Origin: Patescibacteria group bacterium | Lineage (GTDB): Bacteria > Patescibacteriota > Microgenomatia > Levybacterales > UBA12049 | Assembly: GCA_038064195.1 (NCBI GenBank) | Contig: JBBTTO010000003.1 | Coordinates: 178,428-242,427, forward strand | Direction: 5' to 3' | Length of the DNA stretch: 64,000 nucleotides | Part shown: positions 8,043-16,512 of the stretch, one piece after another | Layout: the number at the start of each line of letters is the position of its first letter | Position numbering within the stretch: position 1 is the first letter of the stretch | Made by a program: the position numbers and the translations under genes | Notes under the pieces: model-generated | The model's input: only the letters and a program-made list of their open reading frames with translations | Database searches by the model: none | Told to the model about the DNA's origin: nothing

Positions 8043-9005
8043 GTGCACCACGACAAAGATTCGCGGCTGACTTCCAAACGCGTCATCCTCACATCATTCT
8101 CCATAGACATTCTCGATCTTGTGTCAAGTATCGTCGTGGCTTGGCTTTCAGGCAGTATTGTTATGTTCACCCAAGCCCTGGAGGGGTTTACTGACCTCGT
8201 CTCAAGTGGTTTACTCGTCTTTGGGTTGAAGAGATCACTGCGTAAAGCGGATAAAGATCATCCTTTCGGCTACGGACGGGAGATTTATTTCTGGACGCTT
8301 ATTTCAGCCCTTGTTATGCTCGGGAGCACGGCTGTATTGTCTCTTTACTTTGGCTATCAGCGCTTTATCCACCCGTATCATCTGTCAGATGTACCATATG
8401 CTCTCATAGTCTTAGTTGTAACTATTTTTACTAACGGTTACGGTTTTACTTTAAGCTATCGGCGTTTACTCAAGGGGAGATCGTTGCGTAATATAGCTAG
8501 GGTTTTTTATCGTTCGTCTCTTATTGAAATCAAGACAACTTTTATCCTGGATTTGATGGGGACTTGTGCCTCAGTTTTGGGTATTATCGCGATCGGTCTC
8601 TACGCGTTAACAGGAGATTCCCGGTATGACGGATTGGGAGCTATGACTATCGGTCTGGTACTGATCTTTTTTGGCTTTTTCCTGATTGCCGGGATACGGG
8701 ATCTCTTGGTCGGACGCAGTGCTGCTCCCCATGTTGAGCAAAAGATCAGAGAAGCTGCTCTTAATGTCCCTGAGGTTGAGGATGTGCTCGGGATTAAGAC
8801 TGTCCATGTAGGGTCTGAAAAATTACTGGTGGCACTTGATGTGCATATGCATAGTGATTTAAAGACGCGCGAACTTGAGATGTTGATGGATGAGATAAAG
8901 GCAGAAGTCCGTAAAGTTGTACCGAGTGTCAAATATATTCAGGTGGAGTTGGAGACGAGGGATAGAAAAGAGATTAGAGGTAAGGCTAAGTGGCACAGTG
9001 GGTAG
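8043..9005 (+). CDS. Cation diffusion facilitator (CDF) family metal efflux transporter
   Basis: 6 TM helices plus a C-terminal cytoplasmic domain. Resembles CzcD/ZitB-like transporters. Confidence 0.8.
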   Translation: MHHDKDSRLTSKRVILTSFSIDILDLVSSIVVAWLSGSIVMFTQALEGFTDLVSSGLLVFGLKRSLRKADKDHPFGYGREIYFWTLISALVMLGSTAVLSLYFGYQRFIHPYHLSDVPYALIVLVVTIFTNGYGFTLSYRRLLKGRSLRNIARVFYRSSLIEIKTTFILDLMGTCASVLGIIAIGLYALTGDSRYDGLGAMTIGLVLIFFGFFLIAGIRDLLVGRSAAPHVEQKIREAALNVPEVEDVLGIKTVHVGSEKLLVALDVHMHSDLKTRELEMLMDEIKAEVRKVVPSVKYIQVELETRDRKEIRGKAKWHSG

Positions 9006-9020
9006 GTTTTACTCCGATTT

Positions 9021-9347
9021 TCATGAGGGTTTTCTCTTCCAGGAAGCTACAAGAAAGCTCCCCAGCAAGTAAAAAAGCAGAAGTTGCCAGAAAATAATTG
9101 AGAGGAGTGTGGTTGAGAGAAAGATCGCGATCATATCACGCTGCGCACCGTTGATATCCAGCAAATAGCCACCGATTTTGCTGACTATCAATAAAATAGC
9201 TATTAATATCAGGGGCGTGAACATTACAGGGAAAAGGACCGGCCTACGGACAGTTTGTCTTATCTCTTTATAGGGGTGAAAGGTAAGCCCCAGGAGTGTC
9301 TTAGTCCAGATATAGCTGGCAAAAACGATAAAAGTTTTTTTCTTCAT
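9021..9347 (-). CDS. Membrane protein, third gene of the ECF sigma operon
   Basis: The start MKKKTFIV overlaps the upstream gene by ATGA. Three hydrophobic helices. Confidence 0.45.
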   Translation of the reverse strand: MKKKTFIVFASYIWTKTLLGLTFHPYKEIRQTVRRPVLFPVMFTPLILIAILLIVSKIGGYLLDINGAQRDMIAIFLSTTLLSIIFWQLLLFYLLGSFLVASWKRKPS

Positions 9348-9571
9348 AGATGATAAAAAACCTTGAGTACCAACTCCGTAAAGTTGTGGCCTAAAAGATT
9401 GCGAGCAATAAGTGTTATGAGCAAGGCAAGTGGTATCAGATACCGCCATGGATGGTCAGACAGCCAGGTCGTAACGAGTGCGAAAAGATGGGGAAGTGGC
9501 ATGTCTTCCAATAACTGATGCTGTTCTTTAGCACGTTCTTGCAATGATCGAATAAATTCACTCTCGTTCAT
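9344..9571 (-). CDS. Small single-TM protein, candidate anti-sigma factor
   Basis: 76 aa (MNESEFIRSLQER...). It sits immediately downstream of the ECF sigma gene. Its position and size fit anti-sigma factors. Confidence 0.45.
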   Translation of the reverse strand: MNESEFIRSLQERAKEQHQLLEDMPLPHLFALVTTWLSDHPWRYLIPLALLITLIARNLLGHNFTELVLKVFYHL

Positions 9572-10136
9572 AAGCTTTTTTAAAAGACTGCCGGGCTCTG
9601 AAAAGCAGCGATTCGGTTGCTTTGGGAGAGAGATCAAGCTGCAGCGCAATTTCTTTGATCGGGAGATCCTGTTCGTAGTGGAGCATGAGAATATGGCGGT
9701 ATTTTTCAGACAGAACATGATAGGCTTCTTCCATCCGGTCACGAATTTTATCTTTTTCCATCTGGAACTCGGGTTGATCAATTTCTCTGGCAAGAATATC
9801 CAGGAAAGGAAGTTGGGAGAGGACCAGTGATTTAACTTTCCTTTTGCGATAAAAGTCCACTATTTTGTGTTGAGCAATGCTATAGAGCCAGGAGGACAAG
9901 TTGGCATCTTCTTTGAGAGTAGGCAGGGCATCAATTGCTTCCATAAAGACTTCATTGACCAAGCCCTGGACGTCTTGGGGTGGGAGTTTGCGTGAGAGAA
10001 AACGGGCAATCCGGGGAGAAAATTGGTAGTAAAATTTAGTGACAGCCTGTTCATCACCCTCCAAAATAGCTTGGATTAGCTCTCTCATGGTCATATTATA
10101 CGCAAAAACGAATGATTTTGTCAGGTTTGACGACAT
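9558..10136 (-). CDS. ECF-subfamily RNA polymerase sigma-70 factor
   Basis: Region 2 (YYQFSPRIARFLSRKL, SWLYSIAQHKIVDFYRKRK) and region 4 HTH (LPIKEIALQLDLSPKATESLLFRAR). Confidence 0.8.
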   Translation of the reverse strand: MSSNLTKSFVFAYNMTMRELIQAILEGDEQAVTKFYYQFSPRIARFLSRKLPPQDVQGLVNEVFMEAIDALPTLKEDANLSSWLYSIAQHKIVDFYRKRKVKSLVLSQLPFLDILAREIDQPEFQMEKDKIRDRMEEAYHVLSEKYRHILMLHYEQDLPIKEIALQLDLSPKATESLLFRARQSFKKAYERE

Positions 10137-10154
10137 ATAAGTAGGAGAAAAAAA

Positions 10155-10349
10155 ATGATAGATCTTGAAAGACTGGTTTATGGCCCAATTGCTCTAAATA
10201 AAGATAATGTATCTGATCAAGAAGGTCGTGATCTGGATGAGGATGAAGGGATAGAGACCGGTGAGGGGCGTATATATATGGATTCCTCCCCACTACGGCC
10301 ACGTGAGGCGGCAGGATTTTATATGAGGAGGAAAGGATTATTAGATTAA
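10155..10349 (+). CDS. Possible small acidic protein
   Basis: 64-aa ORF filling the gap between the divergent sigma and idi genes. No support beyond ORF integrity. Confidence 0.25.
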   Translation: MIDLERLVYGPIALNKDNVSDQEGRDLDEDEGIETGEGRIYMDSSPLRPREAAGFYMRRKGLLD

Positions 10350-10352
10350 AAT

Positions 10353-10886
10353 ATGTTACCCAAGCAAATGCTGATGCTCGTTGATGAGCAGGATAATTTT
10401 TTAGGGGAGTATAAAGATATCACGACCTGCCATACCGGAAAGGGCGTGCATCATCGCGCTTTTATCGTCTTTCTTACTAATAAAAAAGGTGAAGCACTAC
10501 TGCAAAAGAGAAAACATGTCAGGTGGGATAATGTCTGGGATATTTCAGTGACGAGTCATACCCTCCATTTACCCGATCACGATGAGAGTTATCTTGAAGC
10601 AGCAACCAGAGCCTTAAAAGTTGAGATGGGTATTCCTGAGATACCGCTTAAGCGGACAGGAGAATTTAATTATTATGCTAAGCATGGTGAACAATGCGAA
10701 AATGAATTTGTGGCTATCTTTCAAGGCAACTATGACGGTCCGCTTACTCCCAATTCTGAGGTCGTTTATGAGTATCGATGGGTGAATCCGGAGCAGTTCT
10801 TTAGGGATATGCGTCACTCTCCTGATGACTATACTCCCTGGGCCAAACACGCGATGGCCACTCTTGAACGGAGGGAGCGGAGATGA
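10353..10886 (+). CDS. idi: Isopentenyl-diphosphate delta-isomerase, type 1 (Nudix fold)
   Basis: HRAFIVFLTNKKGEALLQKRKH...WDISVTSH plus a Nudix-like E-rich motif. First gene of the isoprenoid operon. Confidence 0.75.
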   Translation: MLPKQMLMLVDEQDNFLGEYKDITTCHTGKGVHHRAFIVFLTNKKGEALLQKRKHVRWDNVWDISVTSHTLHLPDHDESYLEAATRALKVEMGIPEIPLKRTGEFNYYAKHGEQCENEFVAIFQGNYDGPLTPNSEVVYEYRWVNPEQFFRDMRHSPDDYTPWAKHAMATLERRERR

Positions 10887-11959
10887 GTCAAATTCAGCAA
10901 GTAGTCAAACAAAATACTGACTATAATACTCATTTTAGTGATTATCTTACTGCTGCAGCTTCTGAAATAGATCGGGAGCTTGAAAGCACGCTGGTTGTTT
11001 GGGGCGATGAGGTAGCCGAGTCAAATCCAGCCCTCCTACCACTTTTTGAGGCATTTAGTCGGTCCTGTAAAGGTGGAAAAAGACTACGGGGAACGATGGT
11101 CAGACTGGGGTATGAGCTTGCAGGCGGGGATAGACCTGAGGCAATTCTTGCGCCAAGTGTGGCATTTGAGATCTTTCAGACTGCCATTCTTGCACACGAT
11201 GACATTATCGACAAAAGTCCTCTCAGACGAGGACAGCCCTCACTTTTTCAAGGCTTAGGAGGAGATCATTATGCTATCTCTCAGACTATCTCGCTTGGAG
11301 ATTTTGGTTTTTTCAAAAGTCTTGAGCTTCTTTTACAAAGTGACTTTCTCAATGAGTTAAAAAATAAAGCTGCAGTTTTTTTTAGCCAAAAAGTACTCAA
11401 GACTATAGAAGGTGAGATGATCGATGTCTATTTACCAACAACTACTGTCTACACACAGGAAGATATTCTTCGCTTAGCATCGCTCAAAACAGCTTCATAT
11501 ACATTTTCCGGGCCACTGGGTCTTGGGGCGCTCCTCGGGGGTGCCAATCAGGAACTCCTCACCCAACTTGAAAAATTCGGAATTAGTTTGGGTATAGCCT
11601 ATCAGCTGCATGATGATTACCTCGGAGTATTTGCTGATGAAAAGACACTGGGTAAATCCACCAGCTCAGATATCATGGAAGGTAAAGTTACCTTATTGTA
11701 TACTTACGCGCTTAAGCATGCAGCAGATGTTGAACGAGAAATTCTCCGTCGGCTTTACGGCAAAAATGATCTTACCTCTCAGGAGGCAGAGGTAGTGAGA
11801 GAGCTCTTCGTCAGTACCGGGGCAGTCTCTGCACTCCAGAAAAAAATGAATGCGTATATCGACCAGGCGCGTGAGGTAATCGATACGCTTACAGGTAACA
11901 GCTTACAAGCACAGCTTCTTTGGAGTATGACGTCGTATTTATTGGAGAGGGAAAAATAA
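10883..11959 (+). CDS. Polyprenyl diphosphate synthase (FPP/GGPP synthase family)
   Basis: Two Asp-rich motifs, LAHDDIID and YQLHDDYLG. Its start overlaps the idi stop. Confidence 0.8.
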   Translation: MSQIQQVVKQNTDYNTHFSDYLTAAASEIDRELESTLVVWGDEVAESNPALLPLFEAFSRSCKGGKRLRGTMVRLGYELAGGDRPEAILAPSVAFEIFQTAILAHDDIIDKSPLRRGQPSLFQGLGGDHYAISQTISLGDFGFFKSLELLLQSDFLNELKNKAAVFFSQKVLKTIEGEMIDVYLPTTTVYTQEDILRLASLKTASYTFSGPLGLGALLGGANQELLTQLEKFGISLGIAYQLHDDYLGVFADEKTLGKSTSSDIMEGKVTLLYTYALKHAADVEREILRRLYGKNDLTSQEAEVVRELFVSTGAVSALQKKMNAYIDQAREVIDTLTGNSLQAQLLWSMTSYLLEREK

Positions 11960-11960
11960 G

Positions 11961-12647
11961 ATGAAGTCACATGTCCCTCAATCTGTGGCCATAATTATGG
12001 ATGGGAACAGACGTTGGGCGAATAAACGTCATCTCCCACTTTTTGCCGGACACGAAAGGGGTGCACGTGTGATCGAACCGCTCGTTGATCATGCCATAAA
12101 GATCGGTATTTCGTATCTCACCTTTTGGGCATTCTCAACTGAGAACTGGAAGCGCTCAGAGGAAGAAGTGCAGACGTTGATGGATGTTTTTCGTAAAGCC
12201 CTCCATGATCCGATGATGAAGCGCCTGGACAGCAGTGGAGCACGGATCAAAGTGATTGGGGACATGACACCTTTCCCCTCAGATATTATTGAAAGAGTAG
12301 ATAAGCTTATCGAGAAAACCAAGGAGAATACCAAGCTGACGGTTAATTTCGCTTTAAATTATGGGGGGAGACAGGAGATCCTTCAGGCGGTGAATCGGTT
12401 GCTTAAGGAAAATAAAGGTGAGGTGACAGAGGAAATGTTTGCCGAGAAGTTATATACTGCCGGACAGCCTGATCCTGATTTAATAATCCGTACTGGTGGA
12501 GAGCAGCGCCTGAGTGGCTATCTGCCATGGCAGGGAGTCTACTCGGAGTTAGCCTTTGTTGATACCTATTGGCCTGATTTTAGTCCAGAGGTTTTTGATA
12601 CCGTACTTTCGGATTTTGCCTCCCGCCAGCGACGATTTGGGAAGTAA
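11961..12647 (+). CDS. uppS: Undecaprenyl-diphosphate synthase (cis-prenyltransferase)
   Basis: MDGNRRWA, ENWKR, IRTGGEQRLSGYLPWQ and ELAFVDTYWPDF are classic UppS motifs. Confidence 0.85.
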   Translation: MKSHVPQSVAIIMDGNRRWANKRHLPLFAGHERGARVIEPLVDHAIKIGISYLTFWAFSTENWKRSEEEVQTLMDVFRKALHDPMMKRLDSSGARIKVIGDMTPFPSDIIERVDKLIEKTKENTKLTVNFALNYGGRQEILQAVNRLLKENKGEVTEEMFAEKLYTAGQPDPDLIIRTGGEQRLSGYLPWQGVYSELAFVDTYWPDFSPEVFDTVLSDFASRQRRFGK

Positions 12648-12693
12648 ATAATTATTATGAGATTTCGCATAGGTATTTTGTTATACTGAGCTC

Positions 12694-13989
12694 ATGGGAG
12701 AGCAACCAGGTTATACTCCAGAGGAAGAAGCATCAATTACATCAGTTGAGATGCTAGCAGAAAGGCTTGGTTTTGAGCCGGAATCACCAGATAATCTTCC
12801 TTTTCCACTCGCGGGGACAATTGAAGGCGGCAAGTTTTTTTCCCGCCGTACTGTCCCAACCATGTTCCGTCTCACTCCTTCAGAAGAAAAAAAACCCGGC
12901 ACATTGCACTTCGTGTCGCGAACAGTGGTCGATAGTCAGACCGGACAGCCAGAGGAGCGTCTATCTGTATTTAGCCAGGAAGACCCAGCTTATAAAGCCA
13001 AGCCGGCCATCAATATCTCGGAAAAGAATCTCATGCTGCCATATGAATATAAACCAGAACCTCAGCCGATGACCTGGTTATCTCCTCGTAATATCTTTAT
13101 GCCCTTTCCAGCAAATGCTGATTATCAAGAAGTTTATGATAGGCTAAATCGGTGGCTCACTCCCTCTCGTCCTATGACTATTACTGTTGGAACAGAGGCT
13201 GTTAACGCACGAGTACGAGCTCTTAACTCTGAAGAGTATCTAGATGAAGCCTATGGCAATATAGATAAAGATTTATTTTTTGAGGATGAGACTACCGATT
13301 CCTTTGAAAAAGTAGTTGAAAAATTTACGGCAGCATTTCCTGAGAGTCTTGATGGGAAAGTTTCTCTGACCAAGGTACCTAAGCGGGGGGCACACGGCAT
13401 TATCTTGAAGGAGGGTAGTGGAGGCTTTACTCTTCAGGTAAGGGGAAAAGGAACGGTGGCAGTTTCACCTCTTTTCAGATCACAAAATCCCAATTTAGAC
13501 AGAGAATGGGATTTTTGGGAGGTAGAAGAAGCAATAGAGGTAACACAGATGAAGGAAAAGCCGCTTGAGATCAGTAATGGCCTTTTATCCCAAGCAGTAT
13601 CCTGGAACGAACAGGAAGATAGACCGTTTACCTTTCTTGACTTATTACGTGATCAGACAGGGAGAGAATTTGTTACTGACAAACGTCTTAAATCACTAAA
13701 AGGTCTAGGCGGACCGATGGTAAGAAGAGTACAGAAATTGACGTGGGAGGAATTTACCAAGCTGACTCAGGCACGGCTGGAAGCCTTAACTGATGATACT
13801 GTTGAGATAAGCGGTGTTGGGGTGCTATCGAGAGCCGATGCTCTTGCAGAAGTTACAAGCAATACGAAAGTCGGACGGAAAATTATGCGCAGGCAATTCA
13901 GGGAGATCGAAACTCAGCTCGCGCAAATACAGATGGAAGATTTTGCGATTTCTAAAGATATGCAGGCTGCTTTGAATATGCTTGCTTAA
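12694..13989 (+). CDS. Hypothetical cytoplasmic protein
   Basis: 431-aa ORF with no recognisable motif. Confidence 0.45.
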   Translation: MGEQPGYTPEEEASITSVEMLAERLGFEPESPDNLPFPLAGTIEGGKFFSRRTVPTMFRLTPSEEKKPGTLHFVSRTVVDSQTGQPEERLSVFSQEDPAYKAKPAINISEKNLMLPYEYKPEPQPMTWLSPRNIFMPFPANADYQEVYDRLNRWLTPSRPMTITVGTEAVNARVRALNSEEYLDEAYGNIDKDLFFEDETTDSFEKVVEKFTAAFPESLDGKVSLTKVPKRGAHGIILKEGSGGFTLQVRGKGTVAVSPLFRSQNPNLDREWDFWEVEEAIEVTQMKEKPLEISNGLLSQAVSWNEQEDRPFTFLDLLRDQTGREFVTDKRLKSLKGLGGPMVRRVQKLTWEEFTKLTQARLEALTDDTVEISGVGVLSRADALAEVTSNTKVGRKIMRRQFREIETQLAQIQMEDFAISKDMQAALNMLA

Positions 13990-13998
13990 CTTATTTGA

Positions 13999-14958
13999 CT
14001 ACTGCTGCAAGATGCGGGCTTTGAGGGAACGGGCAAAATTAATATACTCAGTCCAGTAAATTTCTGCCAGACTTCGTTCTTTACAGATTTCATTAAGCTG
14101 ATCCAGATCTGCTACTGTCGGAATGATATTTTCCGTTGACTGGGAGTACATGATAGCTTTGAGGTCATTGATATGATCCATGCCTCGGGCGTGTCCCAAC
14201 TCATGGGTCATTGTATGGATCAATTCGTCATGGGAGTTATTAAAATAAATTGAGATGGTGTTCGTGGCGCCATCATAGAGTCCCTCCTCAGGCTTGATAG
14301 ACAGTGATTGATTGAGAGCATCGATCGTGCTGTTAAGACTGCGGACCTGGGAGTTGTAATCTCTGGTTGACTGATTGAGCTCAGCAGCCATGGCATTAAG
14401 GGCTGAGGCCTCGGCCTGAAGCTCTGATTGTTGTTGTTTTAACCCCTGATACACATCAGGGGGCGCACCGCCCTGACTGTTCCATTTACGAATTTCTGCA
14501 TTGAGAGCAGCTGCTTTTTGGTCAAAAGCGGCTGAGCGTGTTTTGTACTCCTGGACTTTAGGATTGAGTGAGTTTTTATCCGTATCGACCTTCTGCTCAA
14601 GACTGTTGATCTGATTACTCAGAGCTGTGCGGGCATCATAGACGAGATTGATAGTGACACCTTTTCTTGTTGGCTCGAATTCAAAAATAGTCTTTTCCTG
14701 AGTCTGATTCCAAATGCCGGCGGCTTCTTTCAGATCAGCGATAGCTTCTTCACGGGTGAGATTGAAGCGATCATCAAGTGAACCGAGGTGGTAGCTGATA
14801 GGTGTATCACAGTATGAACCGGAGAGGAGGTAGCCGTTTGAAGTATGGAAGGCAAAAAGGAAAGCAGTGACACCGACGAGTGCAAAAAAGACAATAAACT
14901 TCTTCATAAAATGATTGTAAATAAAATGCATCGGGCGTGCAAGAAATTCGTTAGTCAT
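13999..14958 (-). CDS. Membrane-anchored metzincin (matrixin/M10-like) zinc metalloprotease with a coiled-coil stalk
   Basis: HELGHARGMDH is the HExxHxxGxxH zinc-binding motif. N-terminal TM anchor. The middle is Q/L/N-rich and coiled-coil-like. Confidence 0.65.
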   Translation of the reverse strand: MTNEFLARPMHFIYNHFMKKFIVFFALVGVTAFLFAFHTSNGYLLSGSYCDTPISYHLGSLDDRFNLTREEAIADLKEAAGIWNQTQEKTIFEFEPTRKGVTINLVYDARTALSNQINSLEQKVDTDKNSLNPKVQEYKTRSAAFDQKAAALNAEIRKWNSQGGAPPDVYQGLKQQQSELQAEASALNAMAAELNQSTRDYNSQVRSLNSTIDALNQSLSIKPEEGLYDGATNTISIYFNNSHDELIHTMTHELGHARGMDHINDLKAIMYSQSTENIIPTVADLDQLNEICKERSLAEIYWTEYINFARSLKARILQQ

Positions 14959-15081
14959 TTTCGTTTCAGCTTTCTTTCAGAATGCGCTATTATAGTAGAG
15001 AGATTGTTGCATGTGGAATTGCTAAATTGTTAGTAGTTCTCTATTCGGTCGCTCGCTGCGACCTCACTCGAACAATATATT

Positions 15082-15591
15082 ATGGATATCAAGAAAATTG
15101 TTCTAACAGTTGTGGTGGTTGGCAGTTTTGTGGCCTACAGTATCCATGAGCGAGAGGAAGCACAAGAAGCCGTAAATGTCGTCAGGACGTCTCAAGAGCA
15201 GGAAAGTCTCAATCCCCAATCATTTGTCACCCCGACTTCCGAGTCCGCGACCCAGCCACCTCAGAATTTTCAATCAGGCGGCATGATGAAGGGGCAGCAA
15301 ATGATGGGAATGTATAAAGACGGTACGTATATCGGCAGTACCGAGGATGTTTTTTACGGAGATATTCAGGTAAGGGCGACTATCCAGAGGGGGAGGATCG
15401 TAGACATAGAATTTCTCAATTACCCGGCTGATCGGGCTACATCAGTGCAAATTAATGAGGCGATGATGCCGATTCTCAGGCAGGAGGCCATCACGGCTCA
15501 GAGCGCTGATGTCGATATCGTCAGTGGGGCGACAGACTCGAGTAAGGGATTCAGAAGATCACTTGCCAATGCGCTGGCACAGGCACAATAA
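15082..15591 (+). CDS. Membrane-anchored FMN-binding domain protein (flavinylation substrate)
   Basis: N-terminal signal-anchor helix. The C-terminal domain has DIVSGATDSS, matching the Dxx(S/T)GAT flavinylation motif of FMN_bind domains. Confidence 0.7.
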   Translation: MDIKKIVLTVVVVGSFVAYSIHEREEAQEAVNVVRTSQEQESLNPQSFVTPTSESATQPPQNFQSGGMMKGQQMMGMYKDGTYIGSTEDVFYGDIQVRATIQRGRIVDIEFLNYPADRATSVQINEAMMPILRQEAITAQSADVDIVSGATDSSKGFRRSLANALAQAQ

Positions 15592-15606
15592 AAGAATTAA
15601 GAATTT

Positions 15607-15640
15607 GAAGTTAGAAGTCAGTAGTTAGCAGTTAGTTGTT
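15607..15640. repeat. Degenerate heptamer array (gaagtta gaagtca gtagtta gcagtta gttgtt) abutting the apbE ATG
   Basis: Read directly. Same g-agtta family as the array at 7995. Confidence 0.7.
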
Positions 15641-16420
15641 ATGAAAGTTACAAAGTTTATCATGGGGATGCCGATCATCGTTGAAGTAGTTGACCGGAGT
15701 GTTTTGAAAAAAGATTTAGAGGAAGTTTTTGCCTGGTTTCGTCGTGTTGACCGGCAGTTTAGTCCTTATAAAAAAACGAGCGAGGTCTCACGTTTGAATC
15801 GTAAAGAAATTACTTTTGCTCAAGCTTCAGCTGAGATGCGGGAGGTTTTGGTTTTGGCAGAGAAGGCCAAGCAGGAGACTCAGGGCTATTTTGATGTTAC
15901 AGCCCGCGGCTTTTTCGATCCTTCAGGGATTGTTAAGTCCTGGGCAATTGAGAAAGCCTCTCAATTATTACAAGAGAAAGGCTTAGCTCGCTTTTATATC
16001 AATGCCGGAGGAGATATCCAGGTCAGCGGGAGAAATGCACAGGACGCAGACTGGCTTGTCGGTATCCGTCATCCTTTTATACAGGATAAGATCGTCAAAA
16101 CAGTCAGAATACCTGGGGCGATTGCGACCTCGGGGACATATCTGCGCGGCGATCATATCTATGATCCACACCGGAAGGGGATCCTGAAACCAGCTTCCGC
16201 AAGGGACTACCTCTTGAGAGGGGCGCAGGATGACAACCTAGTCAGTCTGAGTGTTATTGCCGGGGATATTGTAACAGCAGACGTTCTGGCGACAGCCTCA
16301 TTTGCGATGGGGAGGAGCGGGATTATGTTTTTAGAAAAAACAGCAGATGTGGAGGGGTATATGATTGATAGGCAGGGAACGGCGACATACACAACTGGGT
16401 TTGAAAAATACGTTGTGTAA
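15641..16420 (+). CDS. apbE: FAD:protein FMN transferase (ApbE/Ftp family)
   Basis: The N-terminal FIMGMPIIVEV (MGT-type), the ARGFFDPSGIVKSWAIEKA region and the C-terminal TSGTY, GDHIYDP are ApbE hallmarks. No signal peptide or lipobox is present. Confidence 0.75.
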   Translation: MKVTKFIMGMPIIVEVVDRSVLKKDLEEVFAWFRRVDRQFSPYKKTSEVSRLNRKEITFAQASAEMREVLVLAEKAKQETQGYFDVTARGFFDPSGIVKSWAIEKASQLLQEKGLARFYINAGGDIQVSGRNAQDADWLVGIRHPFIQDKIVKTVRIPGAIATSGTYLRGDHIYDPHRKGILKPASARDYLLRGAQDDNLVSLSVIAGDIVTADVLATASFAMGRSGIMFLEKTADVEGYMIDRQGTATYTTGFEKYVV

Positions 16421-16480
16421 GTCTAGAAGACAGAATTAAGTATATTGTATACAGAATAAAAAGATAAAGAATAATCTTAC

Positions 16481-16508
16481 TTAATACTTAATACTTAATA
16501 CTTAATAC
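16481..16508. repeat. Tandem heptamer (ttaatac) x4 abutting the ATG of the membrane oxidoreductase gene
   Basis: Read directly: ttaatac ttaatac ttaatac ttaatac aaac ATG. Confidence 0.9.
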
Positions 16509-16512
16509 AAAC

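Noticed and set aside
8600-8932. Minus-strand ORFs inside the CDF transporter gene
   Set aside because: They are antisense to a 6-TM transporter with clear family features.
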